Below are positions 50,901 through 64,000 of a DNA stretch of 64,000 nt, piece after piece (positions within the stretch are counted from its first letter, which is position 1; every line of letters begins with the position of its first letter). Origin of the DNA: Sphyrna mokarran. Taxonomy: Eukaryota. The notes beneath the pieces were generated by a model that was not told the origin of the DNA, ran no database searches, and saw only the letters and a list, made by a program, of their open reading frames with translations. The stretch is from positions 16,306,001 to 16,370,000 of the forward strand of contig JAGIQG010000028.1 in the NCBI GenBank assembly GCA_024679065.1. The letters are read 5' to 3'. A program made the translations under genes and the position numbers.

Positions 50901-51699
50901 TTTCTAGACACACTTCAGCAGTTTAAAATTTAGATTACTTATTAATAGATTGCAATGTATTTAATTTACATTTATTTAAACTTAAGTTAAATTGTACTCT
51001 ACAATTCAAAGCAAAAACCCATCATATAAAAGATGATGATGCAAATTTATCAGCAGCAACGTTATTAACTTCAAATCAATACTGGTCCATCACACAACGG
51101 TATAATTATCAAGAGAAATGATAGCCAGTGCAACTAATCAGAGACAGCAGCGTCAGCCCACAATTTCTCTACTCACTTTTCTTTTAATGCCAATTTTTTT
51201 AAATAAGACATGGATCTGTTGCTGGGTGATATAGTTCTGTGGCATCTGATCACTTGCCAGTATCCCTACATACGGCCATTCTTCATGTGTGAATTTAGAC
51301 ACTGAGCACAGGCAGGCTGTTCAATAAAATGGAAGATGGAATCTTTGGTGAGCCTAAACTAGTCCTCACCTGTCCATATGTCTATGCCCCCAAAAATGTA
51401 ACTCAATTTCCAGGTGAGCACACTATTTGTTTACATGCCCTTGATATGAGATTCAAAACCAATTGAAACGCTGCATCACTTCCCCAGGTCAAGTCAAATA
51501 TCTCAACATTGACCAATAATCAAATCTGGGTGTTTCCCATTTTCCATGGCTCAACTGTTCAGTTTTATCGAGTTGAGCTGAGGAGCAGACTCCAGCTGAT
51601 TTCAATCTTACCTCTGCTGAAAACCGGACTCCAACAAGAACTTACGTAAGTCACTTCAGAAAGGCACAAGAGAATAAAATGGACATGAAAACAAAAAAT

Positions 51700-52112
51700 A
51701 TTTGACTTATTGTCACGTGTTAGCGTACAGCAAGAAGTATTGTTTCTTGTACACTATACAGTCAAAGCATATCATTCACAGAGAAGGAAACAGAGTGTAG
51801 AATAGTGTTACAGTCATGGCTAGGGTGTAGGAAAATATCAAATTAATGTAAAATAGGTCCATTCAAAAGTCTGATGGTAGCAAGGAAGAAGCTGTTATTG
51901 AGTTGGTTGGTACATGATTTTTGTATCTTTTTCCCCCCAACAGGAGATGATGGAAGAGAGTACGTCCAGGGCCCTTAATTACGTTGGCAGCTTTGCCTAG
52001 GCAGCGGGAAGTATAGACAGAGTCAATGGTTGGGAGGCTGGTCTGCGTGATGGATTAAGATACATTCACAACCTTTTCTAGTTTTTGTGGTCTTAGGCAG
52101 AACGGGAGCCAT
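51700..52112 (-). mobile_element. Rex1-type LINE 3' fragment
   Basis: Reverse-complement homology to 1190-1610 (gtcatggctagggtgtag, ggtccattcaaaagtctgatgg). Confidence 0.75.
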
Positions 52113-53109
52113 GAAGGCGGGAGTGGGGAGAGACAGACAGATTTAAACACATTAAATGAAACTGAAACATTGTCCTGGCCAACATTTGTATCTCAAACAA
52201 GACCTACAACATATAACCTGATCATTTATTTCATGGATACCAAGACTTGATAGCCAGAGTCATGAAAGTTGTTGTATAAATGCAAGTTATTTTCCTTCAT
52301 TCAGAAGCTGGGAGCCAACAATATTGGACAGTAAGAACAAGGGTGATGGCTGTGCAGCAAGTGGTGTGGAATAAGATATGGGCATCGGAATTCTGAATGA
52401 AGTGCACAGAAAGTGGAGGGTGAAAAGTCAATTAGAAGAGTACTCAAAGTTGTAGAGGTGACAAAGAGTTATGACGCATGCATACACCTACATACGCAGA
52501 GTTCAATAATTCTTGCATTAAATAGTTGTTTGAAGAGGAATATTTAAGGGGATGTGAAACAAGCAAGTTGGATCACGTAGAGAAAAATGATGCTATTTGG
52601 CAAACCAAATGACACATTTCTGTGCTTCAGCAGACTACAATATATGATATTTTGAATAACTGAACAGTCGATTAATTTGCTGCTGTAATATCTGATCCCA
52701 AGATTAGGAGTAAGATAATAATAGATTTTACTTTAAAAAATTTACAGAAAGCACCAGCATTGTTTCAATTTAAATGGCACACTAATAGGTAAATGATACT
52801 CTCAACAAGACAGAAACATTGAATATTAAGCTGCTTTGCACTTGGTTTTAAACTATAATTCTCATCTCTAAACTGCAATTCCATTTGACGAAAAATATTT
52901 GGACCTTACCCAGGCACAGCCCTTACACATTCACCCTATGCCTTCCAAGTTTTAATACTTTTTTCCTCGGCAAGTCTTGAAAAATGAACTCTACAAAAAC
53001 ATTAACTGCCAATACCTAATGGTCTGAGAAATAGGTTCTACCTTTGACAGCTAATCTGTGCTCAGTTAGCATATTTGATTTGTCAGTTGTATTGGGATAC
53101 AGTAAAAAA

Positions 53110-53640
53110 TATGATTTCGTGAACGCTACACAGACAAAACATACCATTCACTGAGTACATAGGGGAGAAGGAAAGGTGAGGGTACAGAATATAGTGCTAC
53201 AGTCATAGCTAGGGTGTAGAGAAAGATTAAGCTTAATATATGGTTGGTCCATTCAAAAGTCTGATGGCAGCAGGGAAGAAGTTGTTCTAAAGTCAGTTGG
53301 TACACGATCTCAAGACTTTTTGTATCTTTATCCCAATGGAAGAAAATGAAAGACTATGTCCGGGGTTTGTGGGCTCCTCAATTATGCTGGCTGCTTTTCC
53401 AAGATAGCAGAAAGTGTAGACAGTGTCAATGGATGGGAGGTTGCTTTACATGATGGACTGGTGTACATGTACAATCCGTTGTAGTTTCTTGTGATCTTGG
53501 TCAGAGCAGGAGCCATATCAAACTGTGATAGCATCCTTTTCACATGTTACTATAGTGTATCTGTAAAAGATGGAAAGAGTTGTAGCTGACATGCTGAATT
53601 TTTTTTAGCCTCCTCAGAAAGTAGAGGTGTTGGTAGGCAT
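53110..53640 (-). mobile_element. Rex1-type LINE 3' fragment
   Basis: Same 3' UTR and ORF end as 51700 and 59135. Homologous to 1070-1560. Confidence 0.75.
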
Positions 53641-53689
53641 CTCAGTCGGGGCAAATGTAGAGCTCATAACTGGCACTGCCACCATGTAA

Positions 53690-54580
53690 AGTGAAAAGAA
53701 ATATGTTGAGCTGGAGGAAAGTTGATATACATTGTGAACCAAGAACAAGATTGTCACACATTTACAAGCATTGTGAACTGAAGAGTGTAAGCAGAACTTC
53801 AAAAGGACATCAACAAGTTGGTGGAATAACAGACAGGTGACAGAAAGTTCAACGCAAAGAAACAGGAAGCGATTCATTTTAATTGGAAGAATATGGAGAG
53901 ACATTGTAAAATAAAGGGTACAACTCTAAAGGGATCAAAGATTAGAGGATACATGTGTATAACTCATTGAAAATGGCAGGACTCATTGAGAGAATGGTTA
54001 AAAAAATCAATATCTTAGGCATTATTAATACAGGTGTAGAGTACAAAAAACACGGTTATGTTGAACTTGCATAAGACACCAGTTTGGCCTCAGTTGGAAT
54101 CCTGTGTCTTGTTCTGAGCAGCGCATTTTAGGAAAGATGTGAAGGCGCTAGAGAGAGTGCAGAAACGATTCACGAGACTAGTTCAAGAGATAAGTGGCTG
54201 TTTTCTTTGCAGAATGATTGAGAAGACATTTAATAGAGGTTTCAAATTCATGAGGGGTTTGTATAGATTAGGGAGGAACTGTTCCCACTTACGAAAGGAT
54301 CAAGAATGAGAAGGTATAAATTTGAAGTAATGTGCAAAAGAAACAAAAGCAATGAGAAAAAAATTTTCACACAAGTAGTTAAAGTCTGGAATGTACTTTT
54401 TGACAGTATAGTGGAGGCAAGTTCAATTAAAGAATTCAAAAGAGAATTGACAGTTACTTGAAAAGAAACTATGTACGGTTATGGGAGAAGGCAGAGAATG
54501 ACACTTACTCATTCAAAGAGTCGGTGCAAACACAATGGGCTGAACATTCTGCTGCGCTATAAAAATTTTAGTGATTCTGT
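53690..54580 (+). mobile_element. Old CR1 RT C-terminus and 3' end
   Basis: LQKDINKLVE, MLNLHKTPVWPQLESC, KDVKALERVQKRFTRLV, FTQVVKVWN motifs. Confidence 0.75.
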
Positions 54581-56019
54581 TATGTGAACTCTCACTATTG
54601 ATCATAATCTATTGACTCCTACTGGAAAGCAAAGGTGCACAGACATTTGTGAGCAGAACCAGGCTTGAAACAAAATATCCCCAGGATTGAAGAATAAATA
54701 TTTGGCCCAGATAACAGAATGAACACCACCCATGGAATTATACTATTACAATAGTTTGAAGATCCACAACAATCGGGAGAAATTCAACACATTTCTCTGC
54801 ATTACATTTTGTCTATCATTTGTCCATCTACCTGTCTTTTTGAAGCTCTACACCATCCTCCTTACATTCTGCAATATTTCCAAGTTTTATATCTTGTGCA
54901 AATTTTGAAATTCAAGTTTTAAAAGTACATTTGATTTAAAATAAAATGTAAAATGATTACACTACCTATCAGTCTTAAAAATCAAGTCCTATTTTTGTCA
55001 AACTAAAGCATATTTATAATATAATGGCTGATCATCCATTCAATTGCACTGTACTTAGAATCTCAAGCAAGTGCAGTCTTCAGACTTAGGCAGACATATG
55101 ATTGAAATGTTTCTGTGCCGTACAAGTTCAAGATCTAGGACACAAAAATAAGATACATCACCATCACTGGCAGGAGGATGTAATTACAGTATGACAAGCT
55201 TACATATTATGTAATTTCCATTATAAATGTCAGATAAGGAAATTGTAATGCAAAAAGCTGACAAGAGTGTGGCAAAAAAAAACCTGACAACAGGAAATAT
55301 GTTTTCTGGACTAAAGTGTTTCTGGACTGAAGATCTTTGATAATTTATAAATTGATCTCCAGGAACTGCACATGGAAAGACTAAACAAAGTGCAATCTTC
55401 AGATGAATCAGAGAGGGAACATGGGATAGAAATTGGGCCAGAATGCAAAATGTAATTCAGTCCCTATTTTAGTGCTACAAATTTTGCCTTTGTTTCCATT
55501 ACACATTCCAAACAGGGCCAGATTGCAGAAGGGATATAACAAATGAGTCAACATAGGGAGGTACAAGATAATTAACCCAAAATCTCTGCTATATAAAGAC
55601 TGGGCAAGAACGGGATCAAGCTAGTTCTCAACACTAGCACAGTCTCACAACCCTGACAGTACAGGTTCACATAAAACAAGATTGTCATTCGGGTAAAGTA
55701 GCAAATGGTGGCTGGCACCCCAAAAACTATATTCCAGTGTGAATGAATAAATTTGGAATACAATGGACATAACTGAAGCAAAGCATGTTTCCATTTATTC
55801 AACTGACTAAAAGCAGGGATAGAAATAGTGTTCTGCCCTTGGCAAGAAGTCACTTCTAGGGGCACTCATTCAAATGAAAAGGAAACATTGACACTATATA
55901 CCTTTACAAATTAATCATTTAGTTTCCAGTCCAAATATATAAAGAAATTTTAATGAAAAAAGCAAATAAAAATTAAATCATAGTACTAACAGAATAAAAT
56001 ACATTATAACATCATGCAT

Positions 56020-56280
56020 TGCATTGGAAGGTTGGGAGTTTCAGACTGCTATCTCAAAACTAAAAGACTGAAGGGGATCTGTTCCAGAATTCCCCTCAGT
56101 AAATCTCTCTGCCTCTTCTCCTTTAACACGCTTCTTAAAATCTACTTCTTTGACAAAGCTTTTTGTCATCTTCCCCAATATGAGCACTGGGTAACGCATT
56201 GTCGTTATTTGTTGTATAATTCTTCTATGAAGCACCTTGGGACATTCTGCTATAGTAAAGGATCACTATAAAACAAATTA
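56020..56280 (+). mobile_element. L2-like 3' end remnant
   Basis: SFNTLLKIYFFDKAF (ORF 56014-56271) and tail ctatgaagcaccttgggacatt. Confidence 0.6.
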
Positions 56281-57354
56281 TAGTGGTAATCTCTAGAAAA
56301 ACTGGCTCCTTGTTGAGATACAGTTCTATGAACAAAAGTCATTTATCAGTAACTCATCCATATGGTGATCATTCTTCAGGTACAAGTTGAAACACTGAGT
56401 ATAATTGAGATTTTCGACTGTGAAGAGCATCAAAGCACAAGTCTGATCTTGTCCCCACTTAGCACCTATAGAAAACTGATTGGTAATAAGAATCATAAAT
56501 TTATCTTTCCTATGATGGGGATATCAAGCTGTGTGCAGGTCGCCGGTACTGTTCTGGGTGACAATAGTTAGCTTATCTCAGACCAAGAGTCCAAATCCTA
56601 AGAATGAGTACAAATTGCTTTTCTTCTTTATTCAACATGCTACAAAGCAAGTCAACAGTTTTTTTCCGCATTTCTTCCTTAATGACATCTTTGCACGCTT
56701 TTTTGTTGCTTCAGGATTGTCTAATATTATATATACACATCTAGAACAATAGGTATCCAAAAGTGATTACAAGGCAGTAATCTCATTAAGGGAGCTCAGG
56801 TCATGACATAAACTTCATGAGAGGAGCTGAAGTAGTTTATAATTGTCACCAGAATGAAAAACAAGAAGTGCACTGCAGAAACCATTTTTTTATTGCAGAG
56901 CTTGTAAAAGTCGTTTGTTCAGTTATCTATATACTCTATTTTTGATTGTGGGCATCAGAAAAGCACAAGTAGGATGCACCATGTAGTCAGAACACAATTT
57001 TATGTGTACTGACAAATGATCGTGATGGAAGTATTTTTGTGCTGGTCAAATTAAATGACACCTAGAGCTGAAAGATTAAACATTTTTCCACTTTCAGCAA
57101 CAAGCATTCCCAATTAAAGCAGAGGACAGCATACCAATATTGCTTAACAACGATTCTTCACCTCAACCTCAAAGGACTGCCCGGAAAGCATCCATTTGTT
57201 TCTCACTATGCATACGCTGCAAGAGCGAGACAGTTAATGCATTATTATTCAATGTCAAATTGTAGACTGTTTGGTATTATGAATTCATAGCCATTCAAAA
57301 CTGAGATATAGATACTTCAAGCTCATTTTAGACTCAAATTCAGCAGCCGAATTT

Positions 57355-57718
57355 AGGGGAGATGATGGCCTGGTGATATTATTGTTAGACTATTAACCCA
57401 GAAACTCAGCTAATGTTCTGGGGAGCTGGGTTTGAATCCTTCCATTGCAGATGATGAAATTTGATTTAATTTTTTAAAAACTTGGAATTGAAAATCTAAT
57501 GCTGACCATGAAACTGTTATTCATTGTCAGAAAAATCCACCAGGCTCATGAGTGTCTTATAGGGAAGAAAATCTTCATTTCGTTTGGCCTACATGTAGTT
57601 CCAGAACCACACCAATGTGGTTCACTCCTAACGGTTCTCTGAACAAGGACAACTAAGGATGGGCAATAAATGCTGGCAAGCCATTGGCATCTATATCCCA
57701 CGAATGAATTTAAAAAAG
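57355..57718 (+). mobile_element. tRNA-derived SINE sharing the 3' tail of the second LINE family
   Basis: Head gatggcctggtgatattattgttagactattaacccaga, B box gggtttgaatcc, tail gatgggcaataaatgctggc...atcccacgaatgaatttaaaaaa. A diverged copy lies near 41960-42270. Confidence 0.7.
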
Positions 57719-59134
57719 GCAGACTGAGGCTTTCAGCCCATCGGTGTGGGGTGTATTCGAACCATGAGTCGAAAACACTGAGGAGCATGTGTAGAATAAA
57801 TGCTAACACCAAAAACATACATGATGCTTATGTAACGATTATGTCAAATCACATGATCAAGAAACAAGAGGGAAAAGAAAAGCTCCAACCTTTTGCAGAA
57901 AGTTTGAATGTGCAAAAGAAAAGTAATTGTCTTGAGAAACTCAAAACTCCTCTTATTTTGGCAATACAGAAAGTCCCCAAAACCCTTGTGGATTCGCCAA
58001 CCACACAACAAAAATTATTTGCTTGGTCACAAGCAAATAATCCAGCAAATATTACACAGAGGATGCTGGACAGGCAAGGAAACAGATCCTCAAAGGAAGG
58101 ACAAAATAAAAAAAGTTAAGATTCATCAAGATATCAGGACATTGCGAAAGCAACAAATGCAAACTGAGAGACAATCCTGAGACCAGAGAGTACCAAGGAC
58201 AGAACCAAAGCAGAAGGCAGGAACAATTCCAGGTTTCAAAAGCACAGAGGCCACATTATTACTGAGAACTAGTTAAAAATGCAGAAAACTCACAACCTGA
58301 GAAAAAGGTATAGAACTGCTTCGATAACTCCCAAGGGTTCCAATCTGTAATTGATCTCCCCGTAGGGCTCACTGCATACCAGTTTCTTTGGTAACAAGCA
58401 GTGGCCTGCGTAGGTGGAATTAATTATCTGAGCACTTTACGAGGTAGACACTAGGAAAGCTCTGCAGAACTGTGTCCCAGTTGGGACTTGTGTATGTACG
58501 CCATAGAGTAGTGACTTTATTTTGTGTAAATACAATTTCTTTTCAGTAGGGCTTTCTGAGTTATTATAAACAAACTCAAAAACATCTGGTCAATACATTA
58601 CTTGATGCAGGAGGTTCTATTGCTGATGACATGGTAGCAAGACAGAGGATTGATGAGACAGCAACTTATGAAGAAACCTTACAAGCTTTCAACCCTTCAA
58701 TATTTATCAGAATTTATTAATAGAGGGCTAAATTTAACACAAGAAAACAAAGACAAAGTGAAAGCATGAATTCATTCACCAATGATCTCTCAAGGGTGAC
58801 AGAAAACTGTAACTATGGAATCTTAAAAGGATGGGTGAACTCACAACAGGGTCAGAGCCAAGGCCCTAGATGAAGCATTATCAGGTGTTTAACAAACAAA
58901 AGAGGATTTAGCATTTTGTAAAAGCAGTACAGATAGCAAGGCAAACTGAATTCAGGAAATAGAATTGAGCATTTATTTACAGGGAAGGAGGCATCCAGTG
59001 AAGATACAGCAAGACCTGTTTGTCAGCCATAAAAGTTAATTAGTATTAAGTATTAAATTCCAACTGGATGGATGCTCCACAGAGTTTAAAATTAGTCACA
59101 GAAGCAGGAGTTTCTGTTTTATTAGATAAGTCAA

Positions 59135-59700
59135 ATTGTTTGATTTGTCATATGTATTAGTATACACAAAAGTATTGTTTCTTGTGCACTATATAGACAA
59201 AGCAAGCATACATAGAGAAGGAAAGGAGACAGTGCAGAATATACTGTAATAGTCATAGCTAGGATGTAGAGAAAAATCAATTTAATGCAATTTAGGTCCA
59301 TTCGAAAGTCTGATGGCAGCAGAGAAGAAACTGGTCTTGAGTTGGTTAGTATGCATCCTCAGACTTTTGTATCTTTTTCTTGACTGGAAGAGTATGCACG
59401 GGTGCCTTAATTATGCTGGCTGCTTTTCTGAAATAGTGGAAAGTGCAAACAGAATCAATGGGTGGGAGGCTGGTTTGGCTGATGGACTGGACTTCGTTTA
59501 CAACCTTTTGTAATTTCTTGCAGTCTTGGACAGAGCAAGAGCCATACCGAGCTGTGATACAGCCCGAATGCTTTCCATGGTGCATCTGTAAAAGTCGGTG
59601 AGTTGTACCTGACATGCCAAATTTCCTTAGTCTTCTAAGTAGAGACATTGTGAGCTTTCTTAACTATAGTTCAGCATGGAGGAACATGAACGGGTTGTTG
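59135..59700 (-). mobile_element. Rex1-type LINE 3' fragment
   Basis: ORF 59346-59648 LRRLRKFGMS...GCITARYGSCSVQDCKKLQKVVN...RKAASIIK. Confidence 0.85.
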
Positions 59701-60211
59701 GTAATCTGGACAGCTAAAAACTTGAAATGGGTGGAACAGATAACAAAACAGCCCACAGCTATCAAACTGCCAGGTCCTGGTGGGTCAATCTTTAAGGTGA
59801 AAGACCAACTCACGGTAAAGGTTAAATTTAAAGACCGAGAAATTCTCAAACTTCTCTGTGGATGTTCCAAATCAAGAATGCTCTTCATTGAGCAGTAAGA
59901 CATGCCTAAAGCTGAAATTAATCTATAAAGTGGAAAAGATTGCTAATAAGAGCAATAGCAGTACATTTCAAAACACATTTCCAAAATGGTTTACAGGCAT
60001 AGGGAAAAATACAGTACCATATCACCCAACAGAATGATGCTAAACCAATTTGCCTCTTTACAATGAAAAATCTCTCACCCACTGTTGGGCAAAGTCAAGG
60101 GAGAAATTCAAAAGATACAGCATCAAGGGGTTACCTCACTAATCGCTATGCCAACAAAATTGTGTTAAGGAATGGTTACGGTACCAAGGTCAAATGGCTT
60201 TATAAGCATTT

Positions 60212-60525
60212 AGAATGATGGAATATCTACAGTGCAGAAAGAGTTATTTGGCCCACCCAATCTGCAATCATAATACCGACAGGCTCTATCCCCATAACCC
60301 CATGTTACCCTGCTAATCCTCCTGATACAAAGGGCAATTTAGAATGGCCAATCCACCTAACCCGCACATCTTTGGTGTGTGAGAGCAAACTGGAGGTCCC
60401 AGAGGAAACCCATGCAGACATGGGAGAACATCCAGACTCTGCACAAGTAGCAACCCATGGCCGGAATTGAACCCACATCCTGGGTGCTGTGAAACAGCAG
60501 TGATAACCACTCTACTACCATGCGT
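60212..60525 (-). mobile_element. HE1-type V-SINE
   Basis: Reverse strand: catggtagtagagtggttatcactgctg, gggttcaattcc, ctcccatgtctgcatgggtttcctctggg, aggtggattggccattctaaattgccc. Confidence 0.85.
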
Positions 60526-63500
60526 TCTATGGATTCTATGAACCCAGGAACATAATTGAGCTTCAAAATTTTTTGCAAGTCAACCAAATTCAGCAGAGAT
60601 CAACGAGCTCTTGAGACAGCTGCTGAGACATGATCAACATTGGTGCTGGAAAATGGACCAGAAAATGTTTTTGAAAGGATTAAACAATTTTTAATTTCTT
60701 CTTAAATCTTGGCATAGGACCAACACACAATTATCAACCCTAGTAAACCGCAATCCAAGAAGCAGAAGTAGGCTACTTGGCCGATCTAATCTGCCCCATC
60801 ACTGAATGAGTTCATGACAGTTGCAGCAGATGCATCATCTGCAGGTCTGCAATATTTCAATGCAGAAAGACTGCAAGTATAGATCAACTTACTATACTCC
60901 TGAGTCATTAACAGAAGCAGAACAATAATACACAATGATAGAAAAAGCACCGGCAGCAACATGAGCGTGTGAGAAACTCAGTTATGGCTTTGTGTTTCAA
61001 AATACAGACAATAAGCCACCAATCACCCTTCCGAATATGCACAAAACTTCAAAGATGCCACCCAGAATCCAGCAGTTCAGATCAAGATTGATGAGATATG
61101 ACTCCATTGCCAAGTATGTGCAAGGGGAGTAACGATACAGCATCACATATACCATTAAAAAGAAACAAACAAGAGGATTTACATTTCATCGAGGAGTACA
61201 CATATACATCCTTAACACTCAGCACTTAGTGGAAAAAAAAGATGCAGGAAATAAAACAGGTCAGAAATGAGGAGAAGAATTTCTCCAAATCCAAGATTAT
61301 TACCAGGCTTCCCACAAATCTAACATCACGGCAATACTCTGAACGGAACAAACACCCCACAGTCAATGGCAAGTTACTCGTCTTCAATGAGAGAACATTT
61401 TGACTTGATATCTTTTATGGTCATCTAGCAGTAACAATATGTCAGCAGAGCATAGCAATCAGTCTAGTGGCCAGAAATGAATTCTAATCATTTTATTTGT
61501 ACAATAAACAGTCAAGAACAAGAACCTCCACTATTACATTTTATTTTTCCCAACAAGGAAAATGTGGGAATAGATTTATTTGAATTTAGGAGGAAAACCC
61601 ATCCTTTTTGCCACAGATTACTATGCACATGGTTGAAGCAAACAGAATGCACACTATCGCAGTCAGTCATCCAACCATTCAAGATAATTTATGCAAACAT
61701 TTGCCAATGAACTATTTCACAATTTGACAAACTAATATGAGTTCATGATTTTATACACCCAGTTCACCATTATCCACAAACGAATGGAGATGCTGAGAAA
61801 GAGGTACAAACCATCAAAACTTTATTGAAGAAAACAAAGACCTTACTCTAGCTCTTAAGTTATCAAACCTCACCACTGTAAAATGGTTTCTTGCCAGAAT
61901 TGTTAATAAGTAGGAAATTGAGAACACAGCTTTCATCTTTGAAACAGAAATTTGAAATCATCATGAGAAAGTGAAGCAACATGAAGAAGAACAGAACTAT
62001 AATCACAGAGCATGCAAAATACCACTGCTGAAGCCCAGGGAGAGATATGGGCCCCAGACCAACAGAAGGAAGGTGCAATCATTGAAATGGTTCCACAACT
62101 AAGATCATACAGGATCGAGGCAGACCAGTAAGGAGAAACTACAGCTTCAAACATAGGAGAGAAACAGTCTGTAATCGAGGGAGCAGCAAATATTGTGAAG
62201 ATGGGTTGATGTATTCAGCCCGAGGCCTGAACACTTGCAGCAGGTAGTCTGCCAGGGAGGAATGAAGAGACATTGCTTGCTGCTTGGAGAAGTGGGGAGT
62301 GATGGTGTGGAAAGAGGAAGACATTGACAGTCAAGATTTAGCAGAAGAGTAGATGATGCAACAATAGGACCCAGGACAGCTGGAGTGTTAAGACAAGGCA
62401 GAGAGTGATAATCATGGTACTTTCAAAGTCATTTTGAACTGCTCCTCAGCATTTCAATTTCCTAACCATCCAGGCCCAGATAAGAATTGGTGAGCAAATG
62501 AGTGAAACAGCTTTTTGGGCTCTCCCTTGCCCTCACCTGCACCCATTGTGAGTGTGTGTCACTGAATGGGAATGAGGATAAGTGAGGAAACACTGAGGCT
62601 GGGATTAAGCCAGATATTCATTCACACAGTCTCTCAAATCTTTATCTTTATTAATTTGTTTTTTTAACTTATCAATTTATTGCTTTGGCAGTTTTTAATG
62701 CTCTTGCAAGGTGTTTCATTTCTTCATATCTTAATTTCATTTTATTGAAATTCAATATTTAATGTAGTATTTGTCTGAAATTTGTTCATTGGTCCCTTGA
62801 GTAAGAAAAATATTGAAATGCAGCTCCTCATGCAAAAATGTTGGGCAAAGCAGACAAAAATTATCAACTGCACATAGTAGAGTTCTCAAAATGCGCTACT
62901 AACTCAATTACTAGAAGATTTAAAAATTCCATCAAAACCTGTAATTCAATTAACATATGCACAGCTTCCAAAAGGTATACTTCAACCATCAGTAGTTACT
63001 CAGTATGTGAAAATATTTTGCCATGCTGGCTGTATTACAAACCCATTGTACCACGGGCAGTGCAATAAATACTTTTCAGTGGCTAGTTGTGTCCACTGAT
63101 CGTAAATTCAGTGTATATTGTATAAAAAAAAGTATACTGGGATTGTTACTTTTAGTTCCTTTAAGATGATGAGAATAACAGAAAAACAAGAGTACCCAAA
63201 ATTTGGTAGTAACCAACTTCAAGAATGAAAACGTATACAACACAGAGTGTAATAGAATAATGTTTCAAATAGTTTTGTTCTGCAAGTGTCTTATCAGAAG
63301 CAGGATAATTGAATAGACAAATAGTAGTTTCATCATAATGACTCTACTACTTATTTTTATGATATTGGTGGAAAACAAAAAAACATACAAAGTTTCTTGC
63401 CTTCACATCTTCTGTCAAAAGGATAGGTCAGTTGCAATTATGTCTTACCAACTGGCATCATGACAATAGAAATTACTAAGGATAACTCACCCAAATAAAG

Positions 63501-63639
63501 TAAAATCACCATAGTTCTAGATGACCATTGGCTGCTCTAACTTTAAAGAGAGAGCTAACTGGTGGTGATTTAACCTCAGGGTCACCACATGTGGGGCAAG
63601 GTTGAGAAGGCAGGGCCTTCATGAATAACCCCAGCCAAT

Positions 63640-64000
63640 AAGACAGGAGCAGGATTAGACCATTCGGCCCATTGAGTCTCATCCGTCATTCAAACATGGT
63701 TGACATTTTTCTCAGCCCCATAATCCCTGACCCCCTTATTAATCAAGAATCTATTTCTGTCTTAAAGACACTCAATGACCTGGCCTCCACAGCTTTCTGT
63801 GGCAAAGAGTTCCACAGATTCACTACTCCCTAGCTAAAGAAATTCCTCCTCATCTCTGTTTTAAAGGATCATCCCTTTAGCCTGAGGTTGTGCCATCTGG
63901 TTCTAGTTTTTCCTAGTAGTGAAAATATCCTCTCCATGGTCCACTCTACCCAGGCCTTGCAGTATCCTGTAAGTTTTAATAAGACCCCTTCTTATCGTTC
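63640..64000 (-). mobile_element. CR1 LINE 3' end running off the window edge
   Basis: Minus strand FKTEMRRNFFS*GVVNLWNSLPQKAVEARSLSVFKT followed by tail atgggccgaatggtctaatcctgctcctg. Confidence 0.85.

Larger units (their letters stand above)
57830..62340 (+). mobile_element. Decayed Gypsy-type LTR retrotransposon (LTR-like region, gag, pol) with nested Rex1 and HE1
   Basis: gag RAKFNTRKQRQSESMNSFTNDL..TENCNYG (about 58720-58825), post-protease LPGPGG, PLLGKVK before RT, and integrase motif YPQTNGDAEKEVQTIKTLLKK (about 61770-61832). Gag resembles the 28200-29950 element. Confidence 0.7.

Noticed and set aside
57670-58180. 149-aa and 90-aa plus-strand ORFs
   Set aside because: They span a SINE tail and A-rich LTR-like sequence, with no domain signature.
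1-64000. Prokaryote-type systems (CRISPR arrays, operons, defence loci) and a CAMTA1 first exon or CpG island
   Set aside because: No regularly spaced repeats or dense coding. The window is vertebrate intron, with no CpG island outside young repeats.

Overview
Vertebrate genomic DNA, AT-rich and repeat-dense. The repeat families (HE1-type V-SINEs, HER1/CR1 LINEs, Deu-domain SINEs, Rex1 LINEs) point to a shark or other elasmobranch; this is inference. Only one confident host coding exon is present: a 119-nt minus-strand exon at 35041-35159 encoding (D)DHGNSNGSHVKIFLPKKLLECLPKCSALPKERHRWNTNE. It matches CAMTA1 (human exon 3, start of the CG-1 DNA-binding domain), so the window is probably large CAMTA1 introns. 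Neither the first exon nor the next canonical exon (EIAAYL...) was found. The rest is layered retroelement debris: two young 5'-truncated CR1 copies, many old CR1, L2-like and Rex1 fragments, two decayed Gypsy elements, a solo LTR, several SINE families and Penelope-like hairpins. Best leads: (1) a TSD-flanked 233-bp insertion carrying a U2 snRNA 5' motif and two related stem-loop units; (2) a frame-preserving 27-nt microexon candidate with UGC motifs; (3) paired strong splice acceptors that could give truncated CAMTA1 isoforms; (4) several template-switch footprints. Repeat boundaries are estimated by eye (tens of bp) and family names come from recalled motifs, not database searches.
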